A stretch of 64,000 nucleotides of DNA from a virus, in IMG/VR virus record IMGVR_UViG_3300034170_000023, positions 1 through 64,000 of that record; one strand, written 5' to 3'. Every line of letters begins with the position of its first letter. Position 1 is the stretch's first letter. The notes under the pieces are model-generated. The model searched no databases. It saw nothing but the letters and a program-made list of their open reading frames with translations, and was not told the origin of the DNA. Shown in pieces: positions 30,819 through 41,713 of this stretch. The position numbers and the translations under genes were made by a program.

Positions 30819-31581
30819 ATTTACTCATCACAAAATCTAGTGATATAAAAGAAGGTAGTCCAAACCCATCCTCAACTTCATGCAGCATTGTCAAACCCCT
30901 GAAATGATTGTTACCTTGATGGCCCTTGTAATCCTCGTCAAATGGGTAACAAGCCCCGTTAATAACTCCAATCTGCATCTTACCATTCAGTGTTGGGCGG
31001 AGTGACACATCTAATAACTGTTTATGTCCGACGACGAAGGAGCACCCCACAGTCTTAAGTTGTGCAAGAGCATTCCCCCCATAAGGTTTACCTGTAAATG
31101 GGTTAGCTAAGTAATGTACATAATTGATCCCATCAACAACAGCAGGCTTTAAAAACGGATACACAGTCCACCCATACTTCTCAAGGTTTAGCTGGGATGT
31201 TCCTAGAAAACCTGTGAACTCTGGATTATCATTTGCAAACCTATCAGCACGTGCCTCATGATTACCTAAGCAAAATACCATTTTTGGGTTATAGGCTTTC
31301 TTCTTGGCCTTTCGTTGGTTCTCCTGAACTCGCCAAATAGGTTCCATAATACGCCGCATTCCCTCATGACCAGCCTTTAGGTCATCTACTACCCTTCGGC
31401 CTTCAAAGCTTTTCTTGCCTTTGTCATAAGAACTTAGACTTTCCATATCAAAGTGATCACCAATATGCACAATCACATCTGGTTTCTTTGCTGCGATGTA
31501 CTCGCCGATTGCGGACAAATAGCTAAGGTCATGGCAAGGTTTGACTTGTGTATCGGCTATTACTAGATGTTTACGACTCAA
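30808..31581 (-). CDS. Metallophosphoesterase
   Basis: IADTQ, GDHFD, GNHE, GH motifs. Confidence 0.85.
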   Translation of the reverse strand: MSRKHLVIADTQVKPCHDLSYLSAIGEYIAAKKPDVIVHIGDHFDMESLSSYDKGKKSFEGRRVVDDLKAGHEGMRRIMEPIWRVQENQRKAKKKAYNPKMVFCLGNHEARADRFANDNPEFTGFLGTSQLNLEKYGWTVYPFLKPAVVDGINYVHYLANPFTGKPYGGNALAQLKTVGCSFVVGHKQLLDVSLRPTLNGKMQIGVINGACYPFDEDYKGHQGNNHFRGLTMLHEVEDGFGLPSFISLDFVMSKYGN

Positions 31582-32383
31582 TTTGCTTCTCCAATATAGT
31601 ACCTGTTAGTTTAATATACATACAATCTAGGTCATTACTACTTGCGTAGAGTAGGTAGTCGTCTTCACTACTAAAGTCTACCCCACAGTATAAGAGGGTG
31701 TATTCTTGTAAGCTCACAGGATAACCTTATATTTAGCTTCAACAGCCATCTTATACAGATCATTGCAAATACTAATCATACTATCCAACACCTCTTGCTT
31801 TTTATAAACACTGTTCTTGTGAAACTCATTAGAAATCTTCAGGTTACGTTCTTGCCAATTATCAATAAGCTCTTGTGGAGATTCTTGTTTATAATCACAT
31901 TCTTTATTGCTTGCAACATTGAATAAACTAATAACATTACTCACATCATGCCCCATTGATTCATAGCTACAAACAAGAAGAGGTAATATTGAGATAGTGT
32001 AATATCATCTTGGAATGCTGCTGAACAAAGGTAATTGTATAGTGTGGCGTATAGAGTTTTCATTCGTTCTCCTAGCAAACCATTTCAGGTTTATCAATAC
32101 CAAGTTCTAGACAAAGTTTAGTAAGATTTTCGTCAGCCTCTTTCCATTTCTTAACGTATTCAATACTCCGTTCACGATTATCTTTTAGTTGTCCTGGAGT
32201 AAACTTTAAATCATTTAGGTTGAACTTGATCATTTTTCTAGTCCCTCTTCCTATTGTGGTATCCAATGCTTAGGTTTTGTTGCAGGGCCAGCTTTAGCTT
32301 GATAGAAGTATTGATTAACTTCCTGACGCAATTGTTTCAGTTCACTATCAAGTTGTGCAAACTTACGGAATAGTTCATCAATG

Positions 32384-32974
32384 TCACTCATTTTTATTCA
32401 TCTCCTTATTTAGTACATCACGAATAGCATTTCGTCTGGCTAATGGATTCTTTGCAGATGTAGAGCCTTTACTCTTAATCCATGCATCTTGCTGTGCTGC
32501 CTTCAGCTTACAGAGTTTGATAACCTCCTTCTCAATACGACTCTCTTCGAAGCTAATACCTAGAGACTCGGATAGTGTTTTGATTAAGTGATCTTCTTTG
32601 CAAAGTACCTGCAATCCATCAAAGTTAACCATGAGAATATTATTGAAGTAAGACTCAAAGTCTGAGACTTTTGTAAAACTACTACCTCCAATATATTTAT
32701 GGTCAATTTCAATGTCAGCTAACTTAAACATGTTACCACATATCTCACACGGAACCAACCATTTTGTTCGTGTGGTGTCATCCATGTCAGGAATTGTTTT
32801 AGAGTAGAGATATGCTAACTTAACATCACTCTTCATCCATGCCTGCCTAATAGCTGACCTTACAACACTAACAACATGCTTCTCTTGTGGCGATCCATCT
32901 TCATTAAGTTTCTTTTTAAACTGTTGAAGTTTCTCTTCTCGCTTCTTGATATCAAATTGTGATGGGACTGTCAT
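32384..32974 (-). CDS. HNH endonuclease (Zn-binding, core gene of replication cluster)
   Basis: CEICG...IEIDH...LQVLCKEDH. Confidence 0.75.
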   Translation of the reverse strand: MTVPSQFDIKKREEKLQQFKKKLNEDGSPQEKHVVSVVRSAIRQAWMKSDVKLAYLYSKTIPDMDDTTRTKWLVPCEICGNMFKLADIEIDHKYIGGSSFTKVSDFESYFNNILMVNFDGLQVLCKEDHLIKTLSESLGISFEESRIEKEVIKLCKLKAAQQDAWIKSKGSTSAKNPLARRNAIRDVLNKEMNKNE

Positions 32975-33918
32975 ACAAGATCAATCCCCATCTTACTCAA
33001 GGTTTGTTCTACATCCAACCTATCAGTTTCAAATCGTCGCATATGCGCACAATCCGTGTAAAGCTGCATCATCTGTAGCCAACTCCCTTTTACTTCTTCA
33101 CCATTCCAAGCTGTGTACATAAACTCTTCTGGATACCAACCTTGATAAAGCTCCTTCATCTTCTCCCAACATTCTTTATCAGTAGTCAGTTGATCAAAGT
33201 CTTTGAAGGCGGATGCAGCACCATACTTAGCTGATACAAGTTCTGTAGGTTTATAACAGTCAGATGGATCACCTACACAGATTTGATAATAAAGAAACTT
33301 ACGACCGTACCCCTTACCTTCTTTATTGAAACCACCTAACCCTGAGATATACATTGGCTCTTGCATCTTATCCCAGTTGTATAACCAACCCATGCACTGG
33401 TTTGCATCCTTGTCAATCGTTGCCTGTACTATACGTTTTTTGGTAGTAAAACCTTCGTAAGCGTAAGCAGCTAGGACATCATCAGATTCCCGGCCATTAG
33501 CTTTTTCAGCCTTATATTTACCTATCAAGTAGTCTCTCGCTTCGGCTAAATGGAGTGGGCGCTGTGTATCTACACGGTTTGATTTGTACTTAGTTGGTAG
33601 GAGTAGATTATCTCGGAAGTTGCCCTCACCTTGGACAACTACTTTCATTTCATCACAACCACTCTTCTCATGAATGCCTTGCAACATCATCTTCACAGTG
33701 TGTAGGCAGTTCTCTAAAGGTTCCGGTGTTTGTATGTCAGTGATTAAATAATCTTTAATATTCTTGTCAGCATCTTTAAGCCAAGCTTTGAATGCTGTCC
33801 GATTAGCAAACTCTACCTCTCGGTCATTATCAATATTCTTTACTAGGATTGTTCGTGTTTCACTTGCTGCTGATGCTTTGTAGCTGATTAAATCTCCATC
33901 GACTACGACGAGGCTCAT
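32971..33918 (-). CDS. 5'-3' exonuclease (T7 gp6/T5 D15-like)
   Basis: DGDL, NFR, YKSNR, ESDD, DKD, GDPSD. Confidence 0.88.
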   Translation of the reverse strand: MSLVVVDGDLISYKASAASETRTILVKNIDNDREVEFANRTAFKAWLKDADKNIKDYLITDIQTPEPLENCLHTVKMMLQGIHEKSGCDEMKVVVQGEGNFRDNLLLPTKYKSNRVDTQRPLHLAEARDYLIGKYKAEKANGRESDDVLAAYAYEGFTTKKRIVQATIDKDANQCMGWLYNWDKMQEPMYISGLGGFNKEGKGYGRKFLYYQICVGDPSDCYKPTELVSAKYGAASAFKDFDQLTTDKECWEKMKELYQGWYPEEFMYTAWNGEEVKGSWLQMMQLYTDCAHMRRFETDRLDVEQTLSKMGIDLV

Positions 33919-33935
33919 TCCTTACTCCTATAAAT

Positions 33936-33953
33936 AAGGGGCACGAAGCCCCT
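33936..33953 (-). terminator. Hairpin terminator
   Basis: AGGGGC-ACGAA-GCCCCT with TTATTT following on the - strand. Confidence 0.6.
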
Positions 33954-33971
33954 ATTAAAACCAATCAAATC

Positions 33972-34253
33972 TTAGTAATTTGTCAACGTCTTATACTTAG
34001 CAATCACCGCAGCGTTATCACCAGTAAACTCTTCAAACAATTGTTTAGCTTCTAGCTTAGCTGCCTGAGAAACGAATTTAATATCATCCTTTGAGATCCC
34101 TTTAGGATTCTCATCCTTGTGAAATTTTGCATCAGCTTTCAAGGAAGCAATATCTTCAGAGAGTGTTAGTTGATCTGTAAAGAGTTTAACCAGACGATCA
34201 AAAAGTTGTTGTTCGTTCAAAGTTACTCGTGTCACTACGTTTGTATCAGTCAT
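33972..34253 (-). CDS. Putative dsDNA-binding protein (GapR/T4 DsbA-like)
   Basis: LFDRLVKL...LSEDIASLKADAK...GI helical pattern. Confidence 0.45.
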   Translation of the reverse strand: MTDTNVVTRVTLNEQQLFDRLVKLFTDQLTLSEDIASLKADAKFHKDENPKGISKDDIKFVSQAAKLEAKQLFEEFTGDNAAVIAKYKTLTNY

Positions 34254-34274
34254 TTGTAAATTCCTTTAGTTAAA

Positions 34275-34759
34275 TTAATATACGGTTGAAAGTGTTTGAA
34301 TAGTATCAGAATAAACCCGTACAGCTTCTAGGTCATTATCCTTAATAGCTACTCGCAAAGCTGCAAAGAGAAGGCTTTCTGTTGAAACAGTTTCTTCCTG
34401 TGTCTGTGCTTGTACAACATAGTCATGAAGACGACTCTTTAGTTCATCACCTGAAATTGTAGGCTCTTTGACAAACTCATCATTCTCATCCAAGTCTACA
34501 TTACTGCCATCAAAGTCTAGTGTAAAGAACAAACTCTTACAAAGTTTATAACCTTCTTCACAGCCACCATTGAAGTCTACATAAGCACTTACTTTATCGT
34601 AATCTTCTGCGTCAATATTGAATGGCTTTGATACTTTGTTAATTTTACTCAGCAAACTATTAACGCTAGGATTGTCATTATATCGAAGATTCCCCATAAC
34701 GCAAGCTAGAATGTATGCTTCGGAATCTGTTAGGGATAGTGTGTGTTTTTTATTGCTCA
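34275..34759 (-). CDS. Hypothetical protein
   Basis: ORF with AGGAG RBS and TTG start. Confidence 0.55.
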
Positions 34760-34808
34760 AGTGTTTCTCCTTAAATTGGTGACTCATCCTTGAGTCTTAG
34801 TTGTTAGA

Positions 34809-35453
34809 TCAGAACGGTAAATCAGACAGTTCGTCGTCTTCTAGCTCTACAACTTTCTTAGCAGTCTTCTTCACTGGTTCCTCAACCAAAGCTTTCTGTG
34901 CATCACTCTGCACTCGCTCAGGAATATCTGAGAAGTCATCTGCAAGTGATTCTACATCACCTAGCTCAGAGAAGTCATTAGATGCACCACCTTTCTTCTT
35001 ATACTCAACCAATGAATCAACCCGTACAGCCTTCAAACTAGAGAAGTGACCATACTCATTGTCTCGGATGTCATAACTAACAGTGCCTACAGAGCCGTTT
35101 GCAATGAGGATATCTTTAGTGATGTCCTGAAGCTTACCGTTATCACCTTTGAGGAAAGCACGAGGACGCATTGCATCAGGGATAGGTGTCAGATCCTTGT
35201 ACTGAGCTGGCTTGCGAATAGCTAGAACGTAAAACTCATCATCGTCTGTTGGTGGTTCAATCTTGTAAGCCTTTTCAAAGTCTGAGCGATCAACTTCACG
35301 AGCTTTCTGTTTTGGAAATTCTTTGTTCCAAACTTTAGCTTCAGCTTTAGTGATGATCAAGTTCACTGAGAACTCTTTCTCTGTAGTAGAACCAAACTTG
35401 AAGTCTGGTTGTTGCAGTTTGACGTAAGCGAGAATGCCTGAAATAGTAGCCAT
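34809..35453 (-). CDS. ssDNA-binding protein (T7 gp2.5-like)
   Basis: LIANGS motif, acidic tail ending DLPF. Confidence 0.75.
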   Translation of the reverse strand: MATISGILAYVKLQQPDFKFGSTTEKEFSVNLIITKAEAKVWNKEFPKQKAREVDRSDFEKAYKIEPPTDDDEFYVLAIRKPAQYKDLTPIPDAMRPRAFLKGDNGKLQDITKDILIANGSVGTVSYDIRDNEYGHFSSLKAVRVDSLVEYKKKGGASNDFSELGDVESLADDFSDIPERVQSDAQKALVEEPVKKTAKKVVELEDDELSDLPF

Positions 35454-35755
35454 GTTTAATATTTCCTTAAATTATTTCATCATTATTTACAGCGCTTTTG
35501 CCTAAATGGCGTTATTGCTTTTACACAATTCTTTCTTAATGTTTCGTCTCTTTCAAGCCAACCACTTTACCACTCACCCCATCCTCTTGCAAGCTTTCTT
35601 TCAACATTTCTTCAAGACTCGTTAGAGACTCTTTCAACACATTCTGTTTATAATCCCCCCACTTTAGGAAGTCTGCAAAATCACTGAATGTATATTCTGT
35701 TGTGAAGGAAGTGTCACCAACACGTTCAGATTCGCGGATGGTTACTAGAGACATA

Positions 35756-36303
35756 TTAACTAACCACCTTACCAAAGATTGGCATGTATTGCTGCTTCAC
35801 AATGTAAGCTTTCTTATCTGTCACTTTCAAAGCTTTCTTATACTCCCGTGCAAGCTTCAAAGAATTAGCTACAAAAGTAATTGTCCCTTTTGAAGAATGC
35901 ACATCATACTTATAACTTAGTTTCATGTCAAGCTCCTAATTATCGAATAACTTTCTGTTTGTTGAGTGTCCAGACATTCTGGATAATCTGAGACTTTACA
36001 CCAACCTCGGTAAGCATTCGCTTGAAGTTGCGTGCCTCTTCACGAGTAGTAAAGCCACCAGTTGACCCATCTACATCTAGTACGACGTATTCAGTCTTAG
36101 TAGTCACTTATAACTCTCCTTAGTCCCTATCAGCGAACTTGTTTGATAGTAGTTGGAACGAATAGTGTCTGATAAATCTTAGCTGTCACAAACCCTTGTT
36201 CCTTAACCTCTGCCAAAGCTGCTCGTGCAGAAGAACGTGTTGAAAGGTCATCTGCAAAGATGTTGGAAGCGTCTTGAATGCTGTAGGAATATTTAGTTTT
36301 CAT
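35756..36303 (-). CDS. Three tandem 55-57 aa paralogous small proteins (36130-36303, 35940-36107, 35756-35926)
   Basis: Each has a purine-rich RBS; shared Y..AR..I..Q..KVxR pattern. Confidence 0.6.
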
Positions 36304-36975
36304 GTTACTTACCCCCCGATTTAATTTGAATTGTAAAGTTGCTTTCAAACACTTTCAAGTCTTCATTATCTTGTGCAATGCCCTCAAGTCCATAGTAAAC
36401 ATTATCTACAAATTTACGAACAGGACCACCTCCACCAATATTACCAAAGAGTTCATATACCCAATTAACTTCCTCTTGAGTTTCCAGAACAATACTCACT
36501 GGTTTGAAAGCTTCTGGTGCTTTAATGATTTTCAATGTGTTTCCCCTTATTTAGTTTCGTAGACAGTGACCACTTTACTCTTTGCAAACACTTCTGTCAA
36601 CTCAATTTCATCACTATCATTCTCATAAGCTCGCTCATCTTGGCATTCTGTCGCACCTACAGAGTAGGTTGAGCTATAGAACTTATTAGAGGTGAGGTCT
36701 TGATAAATCACTTCGTGAATATTGCTCCAACGAGATGTGTCGATAAGCTCTGATTGGATGAGCTTAAATATTAGTGCTGGTTCACCATCAAACCAGTCTT
36801 CTTGCCAGTCAGATGTGTCTTCACCTACGGATAGTTCACCAGCTAGTAGTTGTGCAGTGGTCTTTGCAATCTTCATTGTTTCTTCTCCTTATTTACTTTA
36901 GGGATTTCTATTCTAGACTTCTATTCCAGAAAACATATTCTACGTGTTATTGGTGAGGATGTACAGCGTTATTTT

Positions 36976-37521
36976 CTAGTTTGTGTGGGGTTGAGAAAGC
37001 ATTTCTTTTTGCACAAACTCAAACAGTTCCCAGTTACTCCTGCCGTTGAACACGCTAGAAATCGTAGTACGCGGAAAGTCTAGCATGATTGCAATCTCAT
37101 TAACACCTTTTCCTTGATGAGAAAGCAAAGCAATTTGACAAATGATTGACTCAGTTACCTTACGGTTTCGTTTGGGGCGATTTACATTGATTTTACCATC
37201 ACGAATACCATCAGCAGTATTTTGTTTAGGTGTTGTCCAATATAAATTGCTGACACTATTATTAGAGCGAGTGTGGTCCTTATGTCCAACCTGAGGTAGC
37301 TTATCAGGATTCTCAATAAATGCAATAGCTACTAAGCGATGAACATATCGAATACGAACTGCACTTCTAGGACCTTGAAGCCCCACATTCATATAACCAG
37401 CACCGTTATCATGCCAAGCCATATACTTTTGGTTCTTCAAGTCTATTACGCGACCTAAGCTGCTGACTGCATACCTCTCTTGAATATCATCAATCAGTAA
37501 TGGTTTCCATACTTCTTTCAC
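36976..37521 (-). CDS. NUMOD4-HNH homing endonuclease
   Basis: EVWKP...YAVSSLGRV...YVHRLVAIAF...HKDHTRSNNSVSNLYW. Confidence 0.9.
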   Translation of the reverse strand: MKEVWKPLLIDDIQERYAVSSLGRVIDLKNQKYMAWHDNGAGYMNVGLQGPRSAVRIRYVHRLVAIAFIENPDKLPQVGHKDHTRSNNSVSNLYWTTPKQNTADGIRDGKINVNRPKRNRKVTESIICQIALLSHQGKGVNEIAIMLDFPRTTISSVFNGRSNWELFEFVQKEMLSQPHTN

Positions 37522-39706
37522 AATTTTTACCTTGTTTATCAGTTACATCCTCCGACACGGCTTCAATAAGTTTAGCTGCCTGATCAATGTAATACTTATA
37601 GTCAACTCCCCAAGAGAAGTCATTAATGTTATTGCATGTTCTCACATTCCAATCTGTATCAACACCTAACCGTCGATACTCACCACCTTCTACCATTGGC
37701 GGCATAATCTTGATTAGTTTCCCACCCTCCTTTGCTGGATAATAACGGCAAATATTCTGCTGAGGGATATCTTCACCATCCTCAACAATCACCAAGCTAC
37801 TACTGCGAGGCACTTTAGTCCTCAACATAAAATCATACTTGTTCTCATGCAGTCGAATAAATTCCTCAAAGTCAACACCATCAAGTAGCTGAGCTTTCAC
37901 AGCCATCGGTATTACCATAGCCGAGTGGTTTTTATGCCATCCCAGTTTATCAAAGTCCATAAATTCATAGGCTCCTTTAAGCTTCACCTTACCGGACTCA
38001 GTTACCGAAATATAATTATTTACGTCTCGGATGAACATCTTAGAATAAGAGTCACCTTCCATTTGAAGCTTAGTAAGATCCTCCCACCATTTTACCCATT
38101 TATCAGCCTCTTCAAACTTGTCAACATCAATAATGTATTCAAACCCATCAGTATTACACATGATAATCCGGGCATCACAATGGTCAATTAGTTTTTCCAT
38201 CAGCATACACAGTGATAGCTGACCACCAATAGTGATCGCCATTGTGTATGCTGGATCAAGTAATGGGCTGAACTCATTATTCGAGTCTCCGTATACACCG
38301 TTCAATGCCAGCTTTAACGCAGCATTAGATGCTGACCCTTTTGGGGTTGCCTTTCGTTGCTCATATAGGTCAGAGTACACCTTACAGAATGTCTTACCCA
38401 AATGTTGCGGGTAAATCTGGTTAGCAATGGCCATATTTGGGTAGTAGCTAGCAACGTCAAGCGTCCTAACCTTACGAGTCTCAGTGCTGTGGATATTACC
38501 TTGGGTCGCCCCGTGAATACCACCCACGCCATAATCGTAACGAAATCCGTTAATAACTACATTCAATGTTTCCGCAACACTCCAGCACCAATAATAACTC
38601 TTCGCTCCTTTCGGTGATTTAAGTTCTTTCTCTTCAATCCAACCTAATGGTTGTTCTTTCTTAAGATCAATTATATGGAGTTGTTGAGGGTAGAAAGTTT
38701 TACTTCTAGTCCCTTTATAATCATCAAATCCATACTTTGTACAATCATTCAGATTTCCAAGTTTCTTTTTCTTCACAACCATTTCAGCATACTTAGCAAC
38801 ATCACCAAGTTGGTGTTCCATCAAATCACTAAATACGCCTTTTGTCTCAGTAATGATCTGACCTTGGAACCACTTATGAATAGCTTTGAACTCTGGTCTA
38901 TCGAATGTGATATATGGGAATAGACAATCCTTGATAATGATCTTAGCTCGCTTTGTCTGTCTCACCTCACGCCCATACTCAGTTTTCAAGTAGCAGCTTC
39001 CGGGGGCTTCCTTTTCCAGTGTGCGGATAAACAACTCTTTACCAATCTTTGTATCATTGAAATTTGTACAATCAAAGCCAAACTGTGTTGTCAGCTCTGC
39101 TCGGAGTTTCAGGTTCTCATAGGAATACCAATAAAACTTTAGTGTCTCACTGACATCGTGCTTGTTATATTTGATAAGTACATCTTTTTCTGCATCAGTC
39201 AATACTGTACCCACAGGGTATGGAAGGTCTTCAATATTAGTAGACCTCATGTTGTATTCAAGCATCTTTAGGGATGTTGAGCGTGCCCTGTTATCAAAGT
39301 GATGAATCTTAAACAGATCGACTTGTGGAATTACAACATCTTTTTCTTTGATTGCGCTACCAAACTTTTCGTCCTTATTAGAGTTGATAATTTTCATTGC
39401 AACATCGTAAAGCTCTTTAGCTGTCACTTTGAGTTTCTTATCTGTCCCATGAATCTTTCGGGCTTTCTGCAAAATGTGATGAACCACAGGGTAGTCGAAG
39501 TTATTGTTGTTGAAGCCGACAAACCTATGACCTGCACTCTTGACTTTACGAAAGAACTCAAGAAGCTCACCTACTTCATTTTTACGGTCACTAATTTCAA
39601 AGGCTCGCATACCTTTACCATTCGCATATACAGCAGCAAATGTAAAGGTGTTTGGGAAAGTTTCAATATCAAACACCCAGTCACCATTAAAGAATTTCTT
39701 TTCCAC
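37490..39706 (-). CDS. DNA polymerase, family B, with 3'-5' exonuclease
   Basis: DIETF, FNNNNFD, YNKHD exonuclease motifs; DVASYYP, KLALNGVYG, NTDG polymerase motifs. Confidence 0.9.
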   Translation of the reverse strand: MEKKFFNGDWVFDIETFPNTFTFAAVYANGKGMRAFEISDRKNEVGELLEFFRKVKSAGHRFVGFNNNNFDYPVVHHILQKARKIHGTDKKLKVTAKELYDVAMKIINSNKDEKFGSAIKEKDVVIPQVDLFKIHHFDNRARSTSLKMLEYNMRSTNIEDLPYPVGTVLTDAEKDVLIKYNKHDVSETLKFYWYSYENLKLRAELTTQFGFDCTNFNDTKIGKELFIRTLEKEAPGSCYLKTEYGREVRQTKRAKIIIKDCLFPYITFDRPEFKAIHKWFQGQIITETKGVFSDLMEHQLGDVAKYAEMVVKKKKLGNLNDCTKYGFDDYKGTRSKTFYPQQLHIIDLKKEQPLGWIEEKELKSPKGAKSYYWCWSVAETLNVVINGFRYDYGVGGIHGATQGNIHSTETRKVRTLDVASYYPNMAIANQIYPQHLGKTFCKVYSDLYEQRKATPKGSASNAALKLALNGVYGDSNNEFSPLLDPAYTMAITIGGQLSLCMLMEKLIDHCDARIIMCNTDGFEYIIDVDKFEEADKWVKWWEDLTKLQMEGDSYSKMFIRDVNNYISVTESGKVKLKGAYEFMDFDKLGWHKNHSAMVIPMAVKAQLLDGVDFEEFIRLHENKYDFMLRTKVPRSSSLVIVEDGEDIPQQNICRYYPAKEGGKLIKIMPPMVEGGEYRRLGVDTDWNVRTCNNINDFSWGVDYKYYIDQAAKLIEAVSEDVTDKQGKNCERSMETITD

Positions 39707-39751
39707 CGCTAAATCTCCTAATCTGAACGGAGGATTCTAGCCCTCCTTATT

Positions 39752-41500
39752 TCAAAAGTCAACAATATGTGCAGGTACTTCTAGATTTTCTACTGATGGT
39801 GGTTCCAATAGTTCTTCAATATATGGGTCAGAGGTTGCAAACATATGTGTTGTAGCACCATCATAACGTAACCATCCTGCATCTCCGGTGTTCCCAGTAC
39901 GACGACACTTAACTAATTGGAGCTTGGTAGCTGACTTTTTGATTGGGTCAGGATTCATCTTATCGCGGCTGATTAGAATTGTATTGAATGCAATTTGATT
40001 TAAAGAACTGGAACCCATTAATTGGTATTCGGTGACAGCGTGCGGATTCTCTTCAGAAGGCTTCCTCATGTGACTAATCGCCACCACACAAGTATCTGTT
40101 TCCTTTGCAAACTTCAATAGTGTATCCATGAACTCAATGATCGCACCATTATCGCTACTATTCACACCTGCCTGAACTGGGTCGATAACAATTACATCAC
40201 AGTTTTCAGCCTTCGCTAAGTAATTGAGCTTATCAAAAATCTCAGTGGTTGAAATGCTACCTTGGTGGTCAACATACACAAACTGATCTTTCTTTGCAAG
40301 GTTCTCAAAGAATCGATTCTTCAGCGCTTCAATATCCACATTCTCACGATTCACTGTACGCAAGTTCATACCGGCATCGAGTGAGAGCAGATCACGCACC
40401 ACTTCACGTTTAGTGCCTTCTAGATACATTGCACCCACTTTAAAGGTGGTGTTCTCAATGAGTGAATACACAATATTATTTACGATTGAACTTTTACCAA
40501 TAGAGGTCAAAGCACCGATAATTGTAATCTCACCCTTTTCCATTCCCCCATTCATCATTTCATTAAGGTGTGCCCAAGAAGATGGAAATGGAATCTTTAC
40601 GTTATTGTCTTCACTTTCAAAGTCATCCCACATTTGACTAAGGTGAAGGACATCTACACGACTGAATGGTGTGGCTTTCCAGAACAACTGTTTAAGCTCT
40701 GCTGTCCGACCAGTTTTAACCATATCGGAGGCATCTTTAACACCTGCTGGGAGCTTGGCAATAAAAGCTTTACCCGGAGTGAGTAGACGGGCAGCCTCTT
40801 CTACATATTTTTGTGCTGATTCGTCTTGATCAAACGATAGGATTACTTTAGAGAAGCTATTAATGTATTCAAAGTTAGCCTTGAACTGTTTAATGATACT
40901 ACCATCACCACAAGTGACACTAACGCATGGTGTCCAGTATTCCACACCATCTTTCTTTGAGTAAAGTGCTTGAGCAAACGCTAAAGCATCTTCTTCCCCG
41001 GTCGTTATGACCAAGTATTTCTGACCAGCTTCAAAGACAGATTGACCAAATAATTCATTAGTTGCTTTTGTGTTACCAATCCCAACGAAGTCTTTAGGGT
41101 TCAAACGTTTCTTAAAGCCTACAATTTTACCATCTGATGTTGATGGGTAGTAACGTGCTTTCACATCATAGTCATTCTCAATCTCTGTGTGAATACCATA
41201 CTTGGTTGATACAGGTTGACCAATACCACGCTCACGCCACCCACGGAATGGGATTGCTTCAATATTTGAAAAATCAACTACTTCTGACACTTTGTTTTTC
41301 CCTTCTTTAATTTTAATACCAACTTCTTCAAGTTGATCGTGGTTGAAATAATTAGTGCAGACAAAGCAGAAAGCATCGTGTACTGGCTTCCCATCAATCT
41401 CTTTTACATATACTGCCATACCATCTGAAGAAGAACAATCATCTCCGATACAAGCGGCATGATATAGAAGCTCCCCTTCCGGTTTTTCGTATTTACTCAA
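39752..41500 (-). CDS. Primase-helicase (T7 gp4-like)
   Basis: Zn finger (C...C.SSD...CFVC), GEEDA/FDQD/KDASD Toprim, ALTSIGKS, ISHMRK, KCRRTGNTG. Confidence 0.92.
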   Translation of the reverse strand: MSKYEKPEGELLYHAACIGDDCSSSDGMAVYVKEIDGKPVHDAFCFVCTNYFNHDQLEEVGIKIKEGKNKVSEVVDFSNIEAIPFRGWRERGIGQPVSTKYGIHTEIENDYDVKARYYPSTSDGKIVGFKKRLNPKDFVGIGNTKATNELFGQSVFEAGQKYLVITTGEEDALAFAQALYSKKDGVEYWTPCVSVTCGDGSIIKQFKANFEYINSFSKVILSFDQDESAQKYVEEAARLLTPGKAFIAKLPAGVKDASDMVKTGRTAELKQLFWKATPFSRVDVLHLSQMWDDFESEDNNVKIPFPSSWAHLNEMMNGGMEKGEITIIGALTSIGKSSIVNNIVYSLIENTTFKVGAMYLEGTKREVVRDLLSLDAGMNLRTVNRENVDIEALKNRFFENLAKKDQFVYVDHQGSISTTEIFDKLNYLAKAENCDVIVIDPVQAGVNSSDNGAIIEFMDTLLKFAKETDTCVVAISHMRKPSEENPHAVTEYQLMGSSSLNQIAFNTILISRDKMNPDPIKKSATKLQLVKCRRTGNTGDAGWLRYDGATTHMFATSDPYIEELLEPPSVENLEVPAHIVDF

Positions 41501-41592
41501 AACGCTCTCCTAAATTATTCCCAACTATCTAACCAATCTTCCTAACCAACCCACTCTACCACACGCCCTATCACATTAGAATAGCCTAATCA

Positions 41593-41690
41593 TAGCGTCT
41601 TTTAAGCCCTCTCGGGAGCGTTAGCGACCAACCCCTCACAAGGACACTCCCAAGTCCTCTAAACGCCTAGAAGGGTGCTAAAACGTGCAT
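41593..41690. other. Imperfect long intergenic hairpin (sso/ssi-like)
   Basis: Arms 41600-41624 and 41659-41683; TAGCGT and TAGCGA hexamers; 17-mer shared with 47084-47100. Confidence 0.4.
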
Positions 41691-41713
41691 GTTGAGGGGT
41701 TATTGTTTGACGC

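Noticed and set aside
35780-35795. Additional sigma54 site TGGCATGTATTGC
   Set aside because: GG-to-GC spacing is wrong and it lies inside a coding region
24799-39706. Introns or inteins in nrdA, nrdB, thyX or polymerase
   Set aside because: Continuous ORFs of compact length without splicing motifs
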